Of a DNA stretch of 64,000 bases, positions 61,362-64,000 are shown one piece after another (within the stretch, counting starts at the first letter, position 1; every line of letters starts with the position of its first letter). The stretch is taken from assembly GCA_965235115.1 (NCBI GenBank), contig OZ249441.1, positions 5,146,001 through 5,210,000 of the forward strand. Direction: 5' to 3'. This stretch comes from Laetmonice hystrix (lineage: Eukaryota). Made by a program: the position numbers and the translations under genes. The notes under the pieces are model-generated. The model was not told the origin of the DNA. It searched no databases and saw only the letters and a program-made list of their open reading frames with translations.

Positions 61362-62732
61362 ATGGCTCAAGCGGTGCCGATAGAGATGATAACAGGCATT
61401 TGCGACTGTTTGGTCGACCCGACAGACACGGCCGTGGGGGACGAACAACAAACACCGCAAAAGAAACGGTGCAAGATAGCGATCATTGTCATCTCCGTCA
61501 TTATTACCGCTGTCGATGTTGGTACTGATTGGTACAATTACTATGAATTCTCCCAGGCCATTGGGACTGTCCCAACTTTTGAGAAGATGCGCAGCGGCGG
61601 CCCAACCTCCCTTCAGCCTGCCATCCTGGCTATCTGCGTGATCGGAAGCGTCCTTTTTCTGCTGGAGCTCAGCACCAGTTTGGTCCTTCTCCGGCGCGTC
61701 TGGAACGGTGAACAGGACACGAACGGGATGTCCGCCTGTTTGAACTGTGTCTCCCTGATGACCTCAACCTTTGAGGACCTGCCCATTGTGTTCATTTTCT
61801 TCCTGTCCACTGCAGTGTCGCGCGTGTGTCCCGTGATGCTTCAGCTGCACACGGTCGCAGGTTACGCCACGGTCATCGCCAGCGGACTCAGCGCCCTCTG
61901 GCGCCTGCTGTATTCATGCGCGTGCTGCTGTAGCTGCCATGGTAACGGGTGCAAATGTAAGGATTGCTGCTCCTGTTGCTGCTGCTGTAAATGGTTTCTG
62001 CGTATTTCGAGGGCTCCAATACAGATCCTTACCATCGTATTCATGGTGTTGGCGATTGTTTTAGCCTTTATTGCCGGCGCTTCTTTCAACGCCGCATCCA
62101 AAAATAGCCAAAGGCCTATATATTTTACCCATAAAATCCTGGCGGAATATTCCATTAGGAATCACAGATGTACCAACTTCAGTTCAGTATCGCGTATTTC
62201 TGATATTGAGACGGCTTCATCTGCTGGATCAGAGGGGCTCATCCTCCGCCTACCTTGCCAGGATGTGACTCCCTATTCCCAGTTTATCTTCGCGCCTTAC
62301 GGCGATAACGTCACGTGTCACGTGGTTGTGGCGCTGTTTTATAGCACACTGACGGTTAGATTATGGTATGACTACGGTATCGAACTGCATTCTGAAAACA
62401 AATGCACAAATGTCACACGATCTACGTTCATTGGTAAAAAAGGAACAATGGTTGGATCTATGGATATTTGGACTCCTGAAACCGTACAGGCCATATGTAA
62501 AGGGGATGTTAGCTGTGCATCGCAGACTTTTTCATCGGCACAGGTCTCTATCTTGTCCCTTGACCTTTCAAGCAACATCGACACCAAACCTTCGAGTCGA
62601 GACTCATGCTCGCTTGCTTTCGTAGAAACCAAAGATAATGTTTTGGCCCCTTATTTATGTAGTGGCCAACCTAGGCTAGCTACCAGTGTCGACGTGTTGA
62701 GATACCGGACCTGCGCTGACATGGATTACTAA
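61362..62732 (+). CDS. Intronless 456-aa multipass membrane protein (about 5 predicted TM helices, Cys-rich loop, C-terminal ectodomain); XK-related-like motifs
   Basis: 1371-nt ORF, a splice acceptor 26 nt upstream (61334-61335) and AATAAA at 62760-62765 and 62844-62849. Hydrophobic runs IAIIVISVIITAV, ILAICVIGSVLFLL, LPIVFIFFL, GYATVIASGLSALW and ILTIVFMVLAIVLAFIAG; motifs DVGTDWYNY and FEDLP. Confidence 0.85.
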   Translation: MAQAVPIEMITGICDCLVDPTDTAVGDEQQTPQKKRCKIAIIVISVIITAVDVGTDWYNYYEFSQAIGTVPTFEKMRSGGPTSLQPAILAICVIGSVLFLLELSTSLVLLRRVWNGEQDTNGMSACLNCVSLMTSTFEDLPIVFIFFLSTAVSRVCPVMLQLHTVAGYATVIASGLSALWRLLYSCACCCSCHGNGCKCKDCCSCCCCCKWFLRISRAPIQILTIVFMVLAIVLAFIAGASFNAASKNSQRPIYFTHKILAEYSIRNHRCTNFSSVSRISDIETASSAGSEGLILRLPCQDVTPYSQFIFAPYGDNVTCHVVVALFYSTLTVRLWYDYGIELHSENKCTNVTRSTFIGKKGTMVGSMDIWTPETVQAICKGDVSCASQTFSSAQVSILSLDLSSNIDTKPSSRDSCSLAFVETKDNVLAPYLCSGQPRLATSVDVLRYRTCADMDY

Positions 62733-63002
62733 CACAAGAACCTACATTATAAAAAAGGAAATAAAGATAAAATGTAGCTTTCACAAGTATACATGGATAA
62801 AAAGGTAACTATAACGCAGGTAGGATCAGACAGAATTGGACAGAATAAAATTTGAAAGTGGAGCAGGATATGCCGCCATTATTTAAGATACCTTACAGTC
62901 TGACTTGAACTGCATAAAAATGTACGCAAATAGATGTCCGTAGCGAGCCCATAATGTTGGGTGGGGCACATTTTTAAATGTATGAAAAGTATGAAAAGTA
63001 TG

Positions 63003-63427
63003 AAAAGTATGAAAGAAAGTGTTGGCCCGTGTTTAACAAAGTGAAAGAGATCTCAACCAGGAAGTAATATTCGTAATTGTACCACTGGGATGGGTTGCGA
63101 CTGCCTTCCAGGCGAGAGCACGTTCAAATTCCCAGGAAAATTGAAACCACCTAACATCTTATGAATTTCTTTTCCATGACCAAACATCCATAAAGAACTA
63201 ATATAAAATTTTAAGAAAGTTGGACGTTTTCGATCAGTTAGACCTTCCCAGATTTTTGTTTGGGCACGAGCCCTTGGCTACGGGCCCATACATATAATAT
63301 ATGCACGAAGAAAAGTATGAAAGAAAGTGTTGGCCCGTGTTCAACAAAGTGAAAGAGATCTCAACCAGGAAGTAATATTCGTATAATTGTACCACTGGGA
63401 TGGGCTACGACTGCCTTCCAGGCGAGA
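63003..63427. repeat. ~116-bp dispersed direct repeat pair (about 63003-63118 and 63311-63427), preceded by (atgaaaagt)n
   Basis: aaaagtatgaaagaaagt(g)ttggcccgtgtt...ctgccttccaggcgagag occurs twice, about 308 bp apart. Confidence 0.85.
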
Positions 63428-63660
63428 GTACGAACATACGGACGTCTGTCTATATAGGCTAATGTCTGTGGCATAGCCCTATTTCGCATGACATAGCCAA
63501 TGTGATGATTAAATGATGATGGAAATGAAAAGTGCATGGAAATCGTTTTATGTATACGCCTACTCAAAGCTGTACCATTCATGTGTTTCCCCAATATTAG
63601 ATTAAGCAAGCGAAATATGAGGATTTGGAAATTATACCAAAATTGAACACAAAATAGAAC

Positions 63661-64000
63661 AATGGTGACATGGACTGGGTTAACAGTTTACCTAATCTCA
63701 GTATCAATGGTGACATGGGCTGGGTTGACAGTTAACCTAATCTCAGTATCAATGGTGACATGGGCTGGGTTGACAGTTAACCTAATCTCAGTATCAATGG
63801 TGACATGGGCTGGGTTAACAGTTAACCTAATCTCAGTATCAATGGTGACATGGGCTGGGTTGACAGTTAACCTAATCTCAGTATCAATGGTGACATGGGC
63901 TGGGTTGTCAGTTAACCTAATCTCAGTATCAATGGTGACATGGGCTGGGTTGACAGTTAACCTAATCTCAGTATCAATAGTGACATGGGCTGGGTTAACA
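63661..64000. repeat. 45-bp minisatellite, at least 7.5 copies, running off the window end
   Basis: aatggtgacatgggctgggttgacagttaacctaatctcagtatc; period 45. Confidence 0.95.

Noticed and set aside
1526-64000. Regular direct-repeat arrays considered as CRISPR arrays
   Set aside because: Units are head-to-tail without unique spacers, there are no cas genes, and the context is a spliceosomal-intron eukaryote.

Overview
AT-rich genomic DNA from an intron-rich animal, most likely a marine invertebrate; the species cannot be assigned from sequence alone. I reconstructed four multi-exon genes by hand from GT-AG sites and exon phase. These are an uncharacterised ~1,146-aa acidic/coiled-coil protein with a probable split C2-like domain (minus, 14246-22648), TFIP11 (plus, 23268-31603, 843 aa), CHMP2A (minus, 35034-37118, 225 aa) and CSDE1/UNR (plus, 41763-52222, 818 aa). 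There is also an intronless 456-aa multipass membrane ORF (61362-62732) and some weak orphan exon candidates in the first 6.5 kb. The first two genes are head-to-head, TFIP11 and CHMP2A are tail-to-tail, and CHMP2A and CSDE1 are head-to-head. Non-coding DNA holds many minisatellites and about a dozen short non-autonomous DNA transposons with readable TIRs and TSDs. The most striking pattern is that several tandem repeats are built from, or end exactly at, exon boundaries. One array is made from the TFIP11 stop-codon region. A 70-bp duplication of a CSDE1 splice acceptor has an upstream copy that leads to a premature stop. Two further arrays run right up to functional acceptors. No rRNA, tRNA or CRISPR features were seen, and most short ORFs in the supplied track are repeat or intron artefacts.
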